From: the human T2T-CHM13v2.0 reference genome, Homo sapiens
Assembly (NCBI GenBank): GCA_009914755.4
Contig: CP086569.2
Location: 6,432,001 to 6,496,000 of the forward strand
Reading direction: 5' to 3'
DNA: 64,000 bases
Shown: positions 11,071 through 27,543 of the stretch, one piece after another
Layout: every line of letters begins with the position of its first letter
How positions within the stretch are numbered: position 1 is the stretch's first letter
The notes under the pieces: model-generated
Database searches by the model: none
The model's input: only the letters and a program-made list of their open reading frames with translations
What the model was told of the DNA's origin: nothing
Made by a program: the position numbers and the translations under genes

Positions 11071-14000
11071 ACATTAATGCTTTCTTAAATATTTGCTACA
11101 ACTTACAGCAAAAGCCATATGGGCCTGAAATTTATAGTTTGTTTAAATATCACCTTTAATAGATGCAGAACTACTCAGATTTTTTCTCTCTTTTTTAGTC
11201 AGTTTTGGTATTTATGTTCTTTAAGGAAGTTGTCTGTTTCATCTAATCCAAAAATCTATAGACTTTTCCATAAAAGAATCAGATAGTAAATATTGTAAGA
11301 TTTTTGGACCATATTGTCTTATTTGCAACTATTTAACTTCATTACAGTACAAAAGCAGCTAGAGACAATATATAATAAATGTTGGTGAGGGTGTTCCAAT
11401 AAAATTATAACAACAGGCAACAACAGGATATCAATCTTGGGATATTTGCTGTTCATTGATCTAAGATGTCAGTTTTGTAATGCTCTAAGAATTCCCTTAT
11501 CCTTCTAATATCTGTAGACTCTGTAATGGTGTCCTTTCTTTTCTTTCTGATAATGAATAATTGTGTTTTCTATATTTTCTTAGTCAATGCAAAGGTTTAT
11601 CAGTTTTACTTATCCTTCCAATGGTCTTCCTGTTTATTGTACGTAATATTATTATTTTCTATTTTGTATTTTATTGATTTATATTCCTTATTGTTTTTCT
11701 TCCATTTAGTTTGTTGTTCACTTGTTACAGTTTTGTAAAGGGGCTGTATATCTAAAGCAGCCCCGAAATGCTGAAGAAGCTGAGAAACCAAAGAAGGATG
11801 CAAACAAATGCACTTTGTGAGTTTTGGATAATTTACTAAGAGAATTTGCAGACGGAAGTGTGGTCTTGGGTGGCCATAAGACAGTTAGATCTCTACACCA
11901 CAACTCCCCAGACCTTAGAATTGTATTCTGGGATAAAACATACGTGCTGTTAAAGAAATGTGTAGGTAGATATGAAAGTCACAGGTTATAATTTCTGCAA
12001 CAAGGATTATTTTGAAGGGAAGGTACAGTGAAAAGGTGTCCCTATAAAAACAGCAATGTATCAGCTAGACATTTTAGAGGTATGCCTGGCTCTGGTTTAG
12101 TCAAGAAGTTACATGGAAGAATAGCATTTAAAATAAAGTCCCTCTTGTTCTCCACAGGTATTTTCTGTTTTCTAGCTTACTAAGTTAGAAAGTTAAATCA
12201 CTGATTTCAGTCATTTCTTCTTTCTCATAGAACTTTCAAAATAATGCACTAGTCTTTTAAGCACATCTTTAACTACATCTCATGAATTTCAGCATGGTTT
12301 GTTTCCATATTTCTTAGCTTCAGAAGATTTTCTAATCTCCTTTGTAATTTATTTTTTAACCCACAGGTTATTTAGAAGTAAGTTGTTGGGACTTTACAGG
12401 ATTTTTTTTGTTGATTTTTACTTTGATTCCATTATGGAGAAAAAATATAATGTTTAGGAATTTGTTCTTTGGAAATCTTTTGAGATGACTTTTGTGGCCT
12501 AGTATAGGGTCTCTCTTAGTAATCTCATAGGAATGGAAGCCCATAGACATTTTGCTTTGAGCTAATACATAATAAACTACCTTGCAACTGGTTGTAAGAG
12601 CATGTAGTTACTGATTCTAGATTTTCAGGAAGGCTTTCTTTATTTGATTAAAGCTAGGCTGTTTCTTTAAGCTATTTCTTCATAGTTTTTCAGGACAGTT
12701 TTCTTTATTTAATTAAAGCTAGGCTAAACCATACAAAATGATCATTTTATAGGTAAAACATCACAGAATATTGGTAATTTCATATTATTCCACCTAATAG
12801 TATGTTTCCATCCAGTAGCCTTTAATTACATGGTAGGTTTGGTAATGTCTTTGATGAAAATGCTTAAGCAAGTCTTTCCAAGAATGGGGTTGAAGAATAA
12901 TATATCAGAAAAACTTGAGAAGAATTTTATTTCAAGTTTCTTGTCAAGTTTTAGCCATTCACAACAAAAATTTAGTCAACATAAGTTCGTATACTGTACT
13001 GGCAATTACTCTAGCAATTAGGGCTTCAGCTGCAGTGCAGTCTGAGCCCTTCAGTATATAAAACAGGTTTCTACACCTACTCTGAGGGGAAGCAAAGAAG
13101 GAATGCAACATGTGACCTGACATAGTTAGGATTCACTTAGAAATGGGACAATGCTGAGCCTATTGGTTAAGCAAATTTCATACTTGTGGTCACATGGGGC
13201 TGAGACATGTAACAGTTTCAGCTTTTATATTTCCTCTAATGTTTCACTCCCTTGATATTTAGATAAAAAGTGCATTACATTACATTTCTTTCTACACCCC
13301 ATGGAATTTGATTAATGGCTTGGTAAAAATATTAAAATGTTCTCTTTGAGCTGGCATATGTTTCTTTAGTGAGGAAGCTGACAACGACTCTGTGGTGAGA
13401 TTCTGACATGCTCATGATTTTACAATTTCAGACCTGCTAAAAGTGTTTGTGTAAATACAATTTCTGCTTCCACTTGTGTAGCTTGCCTTGAAAGCCAGAT
13501 AGCATCTGCCTCATCTTCAGCACCTTTCATAAACATGCTGAGGATGCTAGCAGATCTTGATGGCATGACTATGCATAGATTCCAGGACTTAATTCAAGTG
13601 GTTCATGAGGTTGCTGCTGTCCCTAGATCAAGACAGTGATCCTGTTTGCTTGAATTGTCAATATCTAACAGGTGTCCTGGATAGTCATACCAGAGGGGCT
13701 GGGCTCATGTCAGGAGCTGCTGATGATAGTATCTTACAAAAGGCCAGTTCATAGACATAGAAAATAAAACAGAGATTACTTTAGGCTAGCAGGAGGCAAG
13801 GAATAGGGAGTTATTGTTTAATGGGTGTAGGGTTTCACTTTTCAAGATGAAGTGAGTTCTGGAGATGTATGGTGGTGATTGTTCCACAACAATGTGTCTG
13901 AAAAGATTAACTAAAATATTAGACAATGATTTGAAGCTGTTGTAACAAAATTCTTTCTGTCTGTCCAATTTTATTAAGGAAATGAGTGAAACGACACTAA

Positions 14001-15204
14001 ATACGTAGAAGAGGTATAGTAATATTGCTTGTCATCTAGGCAACAACTTTCTCGCCATTTTAAGGGAGGTAAATTAAGACAGTGAGTGGGATTGGGATAG
14101 ACTTGTAGCCTCAAAAAGAATTCTGACATGGCTCATGAGGGCCCTCTTTTTGAGGCTACAAGTTAGTTAATCTTTTGGAACATGTTATCTTCTGCTATTT
14201 ATAGCAAAGATCCTAAGTGTAACTATTGTCATTTTCTTCTATATCTGCAAGTTGGTATGTTTACATACAGGTGAAAGAGCCTCTTTTCCATATAGTCTAG
14301 TCATAAGTAAAAGACCTTTTAGGCTTAGGTCTGGAAAACTTTTAAGTCCTAATAGTATGAGATTTTTTTTTTTAAGTTTAATTTTTTTATTTTTTCAAAC
14401 ATCACATTCCTGATAAGGCCAACTTACAAACTAAAACAGTCTTTGTAAATTCTTAAGCAGCTTTTTAAAATGAAGCAAATTGAATGTACAAGTTTAGTAA
14501 GCATTCAAGCACTGTTTATAATCCCCTTAATTATCTACATTCCCTAATGCATGTCAAATTTAAATCATAGTTATAATCAGCTATTTCTAATTAAAAATAC
14601 AAAACAAGTAATTAAATTCTCTAAAATATCAAAGATTCTCTAACATATCATCTTTTGAACATTTCGTATGCTACATATAAGAAACATAAATTATCATCAT
14701 GACTTAAAATATATCTCACATAAACTATCACAGTATTAATACTTTCTATATATGATGTCACTGTCTCTATATTACTTCTACAGCCTGATGGATTTGCAAA
14801 GTCATTTATCCAACTAATGAGTGAAAATCACTATCTTTAGCAGTGCCAAGATCTCCAGATAAAGATTCAAAACCAAGATCCTGCTACAGATCTAGGTTAA
14901 ACCATCTGATCTGAGGGACTGGAATTTGGGATCTGATCTGTGATCCTTTTCCAAGCCAGTAACACCATATCAACAGGGAAACTCAAACGCATGCTTTTTA
15001 GCTGCCATGCAGCTTTATAGTCCTTAAAATATATTCCTTCAGTAATTTTCCTTGTGGAAATTTCACCTTTATGCAAATTTTATTTTCAACTTTTTATTGT
15101 CTGATTTAGATAGATGGAATTCTGCACCCACCACAAGGAATCCAGCTAATTGCCTTCAATTAGAGTTAATTGAATTATGTACTGCTTTGATTGTGATAGC
15201 ATCC

Positions 15205-18770
<3,566 letters not shown>

Positions 18771-18885
18771 AGTATCACTGGTATGTGTGACAGTGGTATG
18801 TATACTAGCGACACTATAAACAAAATTAAAAGAATTTTTTTTTACTTTGGTTTTTAACTTGTATTCATTTATTTTGAACTGACAA

Positions 18886-19085
18886 GCAAAGCCTGGCTAC
18901 AGAGCCTTATGCTTGTAATCCCGGAATTTTGGGAGCTCAAGCTTCTGGGCCTAAGAGAGGTGAGAGAATTGTTTGGGCCCAGGAATTTGATGCTTCAGTG
19001 AGCTGTAATAATTTCACTGGAATCTATCCTGGGTGACAGAGTGAAACCCTGTTTTCCTGGCCAAAAAAATAAATATATAAATAAA
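18886..19085 (+). mobile_element. Alu-derived element, internally deleted (~200 bp), with an A-rich tail
   Basis: An Alu 5' end (gcctggctacagagccttatgcttgtaatcccggaattttgggag) joins an Alu 3' end (gcttcagtgagctgtaat...ctgggtgacagagtgaaaccctgtt), followed by aaaaaaataaatatataaataaa. Confidence 0.6.
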
Positions 19086-19517
19086 TGTCACATTAACCAT
19101 AGCTGCAGATCTCAGTTTATGGTATATATTAAGCAGTTCACCTTTATCTTTTAATGTGACTTTTCTCTTCCTCTTGGGAGCACTTTTAAAATTACTAGTG
19201 GCATTTCATATAATTTCCATGGCATTTTTCATGATTTACAGCATTGCATTAAATATGATGAAAAATATTGGACCTGAGAAACAGAAGGTATTTCTTTTTT
19301 ACTGATACAATGCAGTTTACTGGAGAGAAGAATTTCTCCTATGGAGATAATTGTTAGTGTCCCATGACTTTTTAGACATATACTCACAACAGCTGATCTC
19401 ACTGCAATATCAACAGCAGGTGGTATGAAATTATTACAGTAGTGCAGCATGTGCTATAATCAATCTTCTTCCTTCCTTTCCCCTTCCCTTTACCTTTCCC
19501 ATACCGTTTCCTTGTAT

Positions 19518-19833
19518 CTTTCTTTCTTTCCTTTCTTTCTTCTTTCTTTATTTTCACAGGGTCTCATGCTCTTGCCCTGGCTGGAGTGCAGCACTGCAAT
19601 CATGACCCACTGCAGCCTTGATCTCCTAGGGCTCAGACGATTCTCCCATCTCAGCTTCCCCAGTTGCTGGGATTACAAGCATGCCCCATCATGCTCAGCT
19701 AATTTTTGTATTTTTTGTAGAAATGGATTTTGCCATGTTGCTCAGGCTGGTGTTGAACTCCTGAGCTCAAGCAGTCCTCCCATCTTGGCCTTCTGTAGTG
19801 CTGGGATTATAGGGGTGAGCTACTGCACGTAGC
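19518..19833 (-). mobile_element. Alu SINE (older, AluJ-like), minus orientation, with a TTTC-rich tail complement
   Basis: A (tttc)n leader at 19518-19556, then gggtctcatgctcttgccctggctggagtgcagc ... gtgctgggattataggggtgagctactgcac. Confidence 0.85.
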
Positions 19834-21019
19834 TTACTAAAGTTTAATCTTATGCTGTATGATTTCATACTATATCTTTACATTTGTTTACATTTTCCTT
19901 GACTGCAAGTGGCTCTGTGTACAGCTGTCATCTGTGCATGTTTTGATAAATTTTAATGTTTTATCACAGATTTATGTTCATTTTATAGTTGTCCATTTCA
20001 CAATAGAGTAGTATCTACATACATTCATGCATTCATGAAATCCCTACTTTTCTGTCAATTTTTTTCAATATTTCTATGCTGTGAAGCTGGTGAGCTTTTT
20101 TTTTACATTCTTGCAACTTTCTACCTCCAAAATGTCTAATATATTTCTTGCCAAAAAGTTTCCACATATAAGTGGATCCATGTAGTTGAAGCCTGTTTCC
20201 TTGTTTCAGGGACAACTATATTTGGATCAACGGTAAGAATACAGGAGGTGGTAATTTGGAATCAAGATAAAATAAAAGGAAGTACACAGAGGAAAAGTAG
20301 AACCATTATTGAAAGTTTAATACTTATTGCTGTTTGTGATATATTCTTGCAGTACAGATCTCACCTGTGTGTTTATTCAATAAGTATTTTTGACCCATAA
20401 CCTAGGTGCTAGAGATAAACAAAGAAGGCATGGTTTTACTCTGAGAGAGTCTATATAATGTTGGGAATTTACTTAAGCTGATTTCTTCATTGTTAGTCTA
20501 TAGCAGAGGACATGAAAAATTCTAACTTACTTGCATAAGATGGCCACAGAGAAAAGGAATTCATTCACCATAAAGAAGGAAACTTACAGAATTTTACTTT
20601 ATTTTATTTTCAACAAAATTTTCGTATGTCTCCCACCTTTTTATGAAGATTTGGGTTTTTACTGTTATTATTGCTTAATGTAATACTATGATCTTATCTG
20701 GAATGACTCTTATTTTTGTTTTAATCAGAATTGATCATAAAATGTCAAGTACTCACATGAACTGTAAACTGAGGCACAGGCTATAATGAGTGAGATTGGC
20801 ACTATCAAGAAAGCTATTTGTATGGGAGAGAAGGAGAGATGAGTCCTGATTCAAATAAGGCTTGGGTACCACTGCTGGGCAGGCCTCTTATTTATCCACC
20901 TGTCCAACTGTGCCTAATTTCCTTTTACTTAAAAAAGAAAAGTGTGTATATGTATATGCTTAGTCCTCCCATCTTGGCCTCCTATAGTGCTGCCTCATCT
21001 ATGTCTATCTATGCACGTT

Positions 21020-22120
21020 TTATTATTTTTAATTTATAATGGACAAATAACAATTGTACATATTTATAGGATACAAAGAGATATTTCAATGAATATATAC
21101 GTAGTACAATAATGAAATTGATGAAATAATTAGCATATTCATTAACCATTTGTTATTAACTTTAGTCATTTATCATTTCCTTGTGTTGACATTCTAACAT
21201 TACTCTGCCACGATCATGAAATATACAATACACTGCTTGTTGCTATAGTCACCCTACTGGGTAGATAGCACCAAATCTGATTTTTCATGTCTAATGCTAA
21301 CTTTGTACCTACTGACCAATCCGGTCTTTCTCAGTCCTCTACCTTGCTCATTCTCTGGTAACAACTATTCTACCCTGCTTCTGTATAAAATTCACTTAGG
21401 TTCTGCATATGAGTGACAACATGTGTTGTTTAATTTTCTGTGTGTGGCTTACTTCACTTATCATAATGTCTTCCAGCTTTTTCCATGTTTCAGCAAATGA
21501 AAGGATTTAATACTGTTTTATGGCTTAATAGTGTTTCATTGAATGTATATGCCATATTTTCTTTATCCATTAATCACTAGGCAATTAGGTTGATTCCCTA
21601 TCTTGGCTTTTGTGAATATTGCTGCAGTAAACATAGGTGTGCAGACGTGTTTCTGATATACTTCGTTTTTTTTTTACAGCTACATATACAGCAATTACTT
21701 TGCTGAGTCAGATGGTTATTGTAGTTTTAATTTTTAAAGTAAACTCCATACTATTTTTCATAGTGTTTATATTACTTTCCTTCACATCAACAGTGTGTTA
21801 GAATTGTCTTTTCTCTGTATTCTCATCTCATTAGTTATGTTTTGTCTTTTTAATAATATTAATTCTTATGAATATTATGTTATTCTTATTAATATTAGTT
21901 ATTAATCCTGATTAACATTAATTATTAATTTTATATTATTAATTCTTACTGGAGTAAGATGGTATCTCACTGTGGTTTTGACTTGCATTTTTCTGATTAT
22001 TAGTGATGTTAAGCATTTTTCATATATTTATTGGTCATACCTAAAAATCTATTAGGTATTTTTCCCATTTTTTAATTACATAATTTTTTCCTATTGCATG
22101 TATATTTTAATATTTATCAT
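21020..22120 (-). mobile_element. Old L1 (L1M-type) 3' region: 3'UTR plus antisense ORF2 C-terminus
   Basis: It matches the recalled L1M 3'-end consensus in antisense orientation: ...gctatagtcaccctactgg...ctggtaacaactattctaccctgcttctgt...ttttatggcttaatagtgtttcattgaatgtatatgccatattttctttatccattaatc ... ttactggagtaagatggtatctcactgtggttttgacttgcatttt. An AT-rich insertion is present. Confidence 0.55.
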
Positions 22121-22479
22121 ACATAATGTATAACTAATTTTACGGACTTAAAGTGTGTTTTGAAAATAGGGGAAAAAGTCACATTGTTTAGCAATCAAAA
22201 TAATTTTGAAGGAGTTCTGCTATCACCATTTCCCCTCCTATGGCAACTTTATTTGTTCATTATTTATTAGTTTATAGTTTTATTTATTAGTTTATTGTGT
22301 ATGCATCTAACGTTTATGCACACACATAAAAATATGAATGCATATGCAACTGCCCTCATAACAAATTTACTTAGTAAGCACACTTTTCTATACTAGCTTA
22401 CTAATATATTATCCTACATGTGTACACTAAGAACTTTTTTGTTTTGTTATAGTTGTGTAATATTTCAGAGTTTGGATGT

Positions 22480-22720
22480 TTCTTTTTTATTTTTATTTAT
22501 TCATTTTTTGGTCCCTATTCTGTAGCTTCTGTTATTTTTATTAAAAAAATTGAGCTTTTGAAGATGGGTGCATGATGGTTATTTTGCTTAATTTTCTCTG
22601 TATTCTCATCAGTATTAGTTACTTTTTGCTTTTTTTATAGTATTAATCCTTACTGGAGTAAGATGGTATCTCACTGTGGTTTTGCCTTGCATTTTGCTTA
22701 ATGTTTGAGTGTATTCAGTT
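22480..22720 (-). mobile_element. Second L1M ORF2-antisense fragment; its 22590-22700 part duplicates 21800-21990
   Basis: tttctctgtattctcatcagtattagttac...aatccttactggagtaagatggtatctcactgtggttttgccttgcatttt is a near copy of 21810-21990. Confidence 0.4.
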
Positions 22721-23330
22721 GTTTCTGTTTTTTTTTTTTGTTGTTGATTTAATCCTGTAAGTGAGCACCTAGCACTTTATAAACATTAGTCTAAATACCA
22801 TACAAGGTAAGACCTGCCGTATAAATGAAGTGAAGCTCAGACTCATAGGCAAAATGAGAGAAATATACAAATAACCATGTCTATTGTAGTGCTTTGTGAT
22901 GTCTCAGCTGTGGACAAATTGTCTAGTCTGAGTGATTATTAAAATGCAGATTATTGGGCCCCACCCTAGAACTACTGAAACGGAATCTATTTTTATGGGG
23001 CACAGAAATCTGTATTTATAAATGACCACTCAAGATTATAAAAAGGCAATGATGAATTATTAGATTTACTGAATATTGGTAAGAAGAGTGGGTACCACTT
23101 ACTGAGGACTCCGTGTATGCAGAATTGAACAAGTTGCTCTGCATATATTACCCATATAGTGCTATCCAAAACCCCAAATATGTAAAAAGTGTGAATTAGG
23201 TGGTATTTCATGACAGGCTTCCCTGCAGGAGGTCAGCCAGTGTTCGTGCTATGCCTTCTCTCATACTATAATATACAGCACTGGGGTTTGCCACCAAATT
23301 GCCTTCTTGGGTTCTCCCCAATGGCAAAAC

Positions 23331-24180
23331 AATATATTAATAATTATTAATAATATTAATATATTATGCATTGCAATATATTGATTAATTAATATATAAT
23401 ATATTATTAATATAATATTACATTAATATAATCATATTAATTGTATATTAATTATTTTAAAATATATTATTAATGTATTATATCAATTACATTATGAATC
23501 ATATATTAATTATATACTTACAATTATATATTTATATATAATTATATAAATAATTATATGTATTATTTATATTAGCAATAACATATTAACATATTATAAT
23601 TAATACATAATAATATAAGCTAAATATATAATATATGCTTAATAGATTATAATATATTAATAACATATAATGATTACTATATCACAATATAGTAATACTA
23701 ATATTAATATACTGTTAGTTATAATATATTAATAATTATATAATGTATGATATGTTAATTAGTATGTATCATGATATATTAATAAATATATAATTATTAA
23801 TAAATAATGTAAAATATATTAATAAATAATGTATCATCCTATATTAATAATTAATATATCATATTATATAGTTACTGCAGTATAATAATATTTAATATAG
23901 TGTGATATATTAATGATTAATATAGTGATATATTAATGATTAATATAGTATGATATATACTGTATTATATATCATACTCCCAAAAATGTTTGTCAATCTA
24001 TGCTCTAAAAAAAGTCTGTTAATAAACATTTAAATTAAATTAATATAGTATATTATACTATGTTATATATCATACTATATTAAGCATTAATATATCATAC
24101 TATATTATCATACTATATATCATACTATATTATATAATATACTATGTTAATTATTAATATATCATGATATATTAATACAT
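23331..24180. repeat. Long AT-rich low-complexity / degenerate (ATATTAAT)n-like tract (~850 bp)
   Basis: Almost no G or C. It is built from atattaat, tatataat and catactatat variants, with many short palindromes. Confidence 0.9.
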
Positions 24181-24574
24181 TTCTAGAAGAAGCTTGATGT
24201 CCTCACATCCTTTTTGAAGCCTCCATGGTCTCTAAAGTCCTCTTCCACTATATTCAAATAAGTTATTTTGTCTTTTTTATACTACTTAACAGTGTTGATC
24301 TCTTGCGAGAAGAAGCCTTTATCTGGAGCCAGCTCCATAATTTATTCTGTGTTGGATATTATGTTTCTTGAGTTGGAAGGTGAATATATTTAAAAATATA
24401 AAATAAATTATAGAAAAATATGATTTTTATTTAATTCATACACTTAGAGGTTCTATTTGCCAGAATACAAACTTTCTTTAATTTTTGGCAAATTAGCATT
24501 CCTATGAGATTACTTTGACCATATATAATTGTGATAAAAATAGCAAATTATAAAAAAAAACACAATGTCCAGAT

Positions 24575-25135
24575 AAGATGGCTCTTGCCTGTAACCTGGC
24601 ATTTTGGGAGGCTGAAGCAGGAGAATCACTTGAGGCCAGGAGTTCAAGAGCAGTGTGGGCAACATAGTGAGACCTCATTTCTATAAAAACTTTAAAAAAT
24701 TAGCTGGGCATGGTTTGTGTGCCTAGAGCCAGGTTCTCATAAGACTGCAGCGGAAAGATTGCTTGAGCCCAAGTGTTTGAGACTGACCTAGGCAACATAG
24801 TGAGACATTTTCTGTACAGAAAATAATTAGCTAGGCATGGAGATGTGTGTTCTTAACCCCAGCTAATCTAAAGGCTGAGGCAAGAGAAGCTCGTGAGGCC
24901 AGGAGTTTGAGACAAGCATGGCAACTGAGGAAGACCCTATTTCTACAAAAAACAGAAAATTACATGGGTGTGGTGGCATATGGCTGTTGTCCCACTTACT
25001 TGTGAGGCTGAGGCAAGAGTTTGTTTGAGTCTAGGACACTGATTCTGCCAGTGAGCCATGACTGTATCACAGCATTCCACCCTGTGTGACAAGAGCAAGA
25101 CCCAGTCTCTAAGAAAATAATAAAATAAAAATAAC
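24575..25135 (+). mobile_element. Tandem cluster of ~4 Alu monomer-like units (FLAM/FRAM-like) ending in an A-rich tail
   Basis: Repeated units of the form ggctcttgcctgtaacctggcattttgggaggctgaagcaggagaatcacttgaggccaggagttcaagag..., ttagctgggcatgg..., gcttgagcccaagtgtttgagactgacctaggcaacatagtgagac, and ...ccagtgagccatgactgtatcacagcattccaccctgtgtgacaagagcaagacccagtctc aaaataaaaataa. Confidence 0.7.
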
Positions 25136-25162
25136 AGGAATATGTCAGCAAAATGGCAGACT

Positions 25163-25325
25163 CGGTAGTTCCAAGCATTTGTATCTACACAAAAAGAAGT
25201 AGTAGTCTAAATCAACTTTGTAAGAGTTCTGGAAAACAGTCAAAGGTTTGTAGTAACCAAGGAAATGTACAGTCAAGGAAAGATGGCTGGGCATGGTGGC
25301 TTATTACCTTTATTCTTGTGATTCG
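25163..25325 (+). repeat. Left arm of a high-identity inverted repeat (partner at 26444-26606)
   Basis: The reverse complement of 26444-26606 aligns to this segment with 4 mismatches over ~163 bp (cggtagttccaagcatttgtatctacacaaaaagaagtag...ggctgggcatggtggcttattacctttattcttgtgattc). Confidence 0.85.
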
Positions 25326-25639
25326 GTTTCTCAAAAAATTGGCAAATCATTAACAGACACAATTTTTTTAGAGCATAGATTGGCAAACATTTTTGGTAGA
25401 GGGCCAGAAAGTAAGTATTTTAGGTTTTGCAGAATATACTCTGTTTCCAGTATTCAGCTCTGCAGAAAAGCAGCTATAGACAACAGGTGAACAAATAGAT
25501 GTGGCTGTGTCCCTTTAATAGTTTACTTATAGAACTAGTCCACCGATAAGACACGGTCTCTGGGCCACAGTTGGCCAATCCCTGGCCTAAAACAGTAGTT
25601 TCTGAAGACTTTATAGTTTTACTACTCTTGGCAATTTTG

Positions 25640-25795
25640 TTTTTCTTTTTCTTTTTCCCTTTTTAATTTTTTTATAGAGATAGTGCCTCACTGTGTTGCC
25701 CAGGCTGATCTTGAGCTTCTGTGCTGAAGCAATCCTCTTGCCTTGGCCACCCAAATTGTTGCGATTACAGACATGGGCTACCATATGTAGCCTGA
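25640..25795 (-). mobile_element. Alu fragment (partial, antisense) inside the inverted-repeat spacer
   Basis: agagatagtgcctcactgtgttgcccaggctgatcttgagcttctgtgctgaagcaatcctcttgccttggccacccaaattgttgcgattacagacatgggctaccat. Confidence 0.5.
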
Positions 25796-26443
25796 ACAGT
25801 TTCTTGTTCTTCTAAAACTATATCAGGAAATGGACCTGAATTAAAATAAATTTTATTTGAGATTTTGGAGAATTTTAAAATGCCCTTTGATAATTTATGA
25901 AGCCTTGAATTAGCCATAAAATCACAGTTGGTAATTGCTACTTGAAGCAGGATTGTGAATATTTTTAAATGCTACTTTTAATCTTATTAAATGAAACATT
26001 ATTAAATGGAAAGGCATTGGACTTTTGCATTTACTTAAGGCTTAAGATGAAATATCAGTGGAATGCAGAAGACATAAAAATATCAAAAGAAAGAAAAAGG
26101 GGAAAATATTAAAAAAAAAACAGAAATAATTAGCTACTATTTTGGAATTTTAGCAAATATTGCATAGTATAGTTAATAATGACAGTCCATGTTTTAGATT
26201 TTCCACAACAGCCTATGTGCACATACATATTTTTACCACTTGTATTCTTTGGTTTAAAGTATATGGTCAAACTCTTTATCACATAGAGAAGAATCTATAA
26301 CAAAAAAAGATTTTTTTCCCTAATGATTTTGTAGTGAGTATAAGAAAGAGACATGGGACCCACTGAATTTCTTTAATAATTTATTGCTTTTTATAATAAG
26401 ATTAGGAATAGAATTTAGATATTCTTAAACCAGTTTAAACTGA

Positions 26444-26606
26444 ATCACAAGAATAAAGGTAATAAGCCACCATGCCCAGCCATCTTTCCTTGACTGTACA
26501 TTTCCTTGGTTACTACAAACCTTTGACTGTTTTTCAGAACTCTTACAAAGTTGATTTAGACTGCTACTTCTTTTTGTGTAGATACAAATGCTTGGAGCTA
26601 CTGAAT
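26444..26606 (-). repeat. Right arm of the inverted repeat (partner at 25163-25325)
   Basis: gaatcacaagaataaaggtaataagccaccatgcccagccatctttccttgactgtacatttcc...tgtgtagatacaaatgcttggagctactg is the reverse complement of the left arm. Confidence 0.85.
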
Positions 26607-26741
26607 AGTTCTTTAATTACTTAGGTAGAATGTCCTAAAAATAGCAAGTAGGTTGCAGGCAAGTTATGCAGTTGTTATCCTTGTTTATGAGGCTGGCACT
26701 GGGCTGGCTGCTTCCCAGATATCATCTCATGGATGGAAGTA

Positions 26742-27042
<301 letters not shown>

Positions 27043-27227
27043 CCCCACATGAAAGTATTGTTGCATCCATGTTTGATGGGGAAACAGTTGTTAGTTTACT
27101 AAGGTCATGTAGCCAGGAGAGGCAGGTATGGGTTTAAATATTTCTGACTTCAAAACCATGTAAAATGTGTCAAAATATATATCAATAAATATATCAGATA
27201 TTCAAATATATTTTTTCAAGTGTTTCT

Positions 27228-27543
27228 TTTTGTTTGTTTCTTTATTTTTCTTTTGGTTGGGGGAAAGTGTCTTACTCTGTTGCCCTGGCTGGAGTACAGT
27301 GGCACAATCATGGCTCACTGCAGCCTCAAACTCCCAGGCTCAAGGGATCCTCCTGCCCCAACCTCCTAATTATCTGAGTCTGCAGGCATGCCCCTCCACG
27401 TCTTGCTAATTTTTAAATTTTTTTTGTATTTTCAGGACCTCCTTATGTTGCCCAGCCTGGTCTTGAAGTCCTGGTTTCCAGTAATTTGCCTGCCTCAGCC
27501 TCCCAAATTATTGGGATTACAGGTGTGAGCCACTGTGCCTGGA
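27228..27543 (-). mobile_element. Alu SINE (older subfamily, minus)
   Basis: gtcttactctgttgccctggctggagtacagtggcacaatcatggctcactgcagcctcaaactcc ... cctcccaaattattgggattacaggtgtgagccactgtgcctgg. Confidence 0.9.

Noticed and set aside
13396-14140. 18-bp direct repeat attctgacatg(g)ctcatga about 730 bp apart as transposon termini
   Set aside because: The two copies are in direct rather than inverted orientation, with no flanking target-site duplication discernible. This could be chance or relic similarity; it is only mentioned under the hairpin finding.
25283-25300. Alu 5' end (ggctgggcatggtggct) inside each inverted-repeat arm
   Set aside because: Only about 17 bp match the Alu consensus and the sequence then diverges completely (…tattacctttattcttgtgattc). 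This is too short to call an Alu and is treated as part of the inverted repeat.
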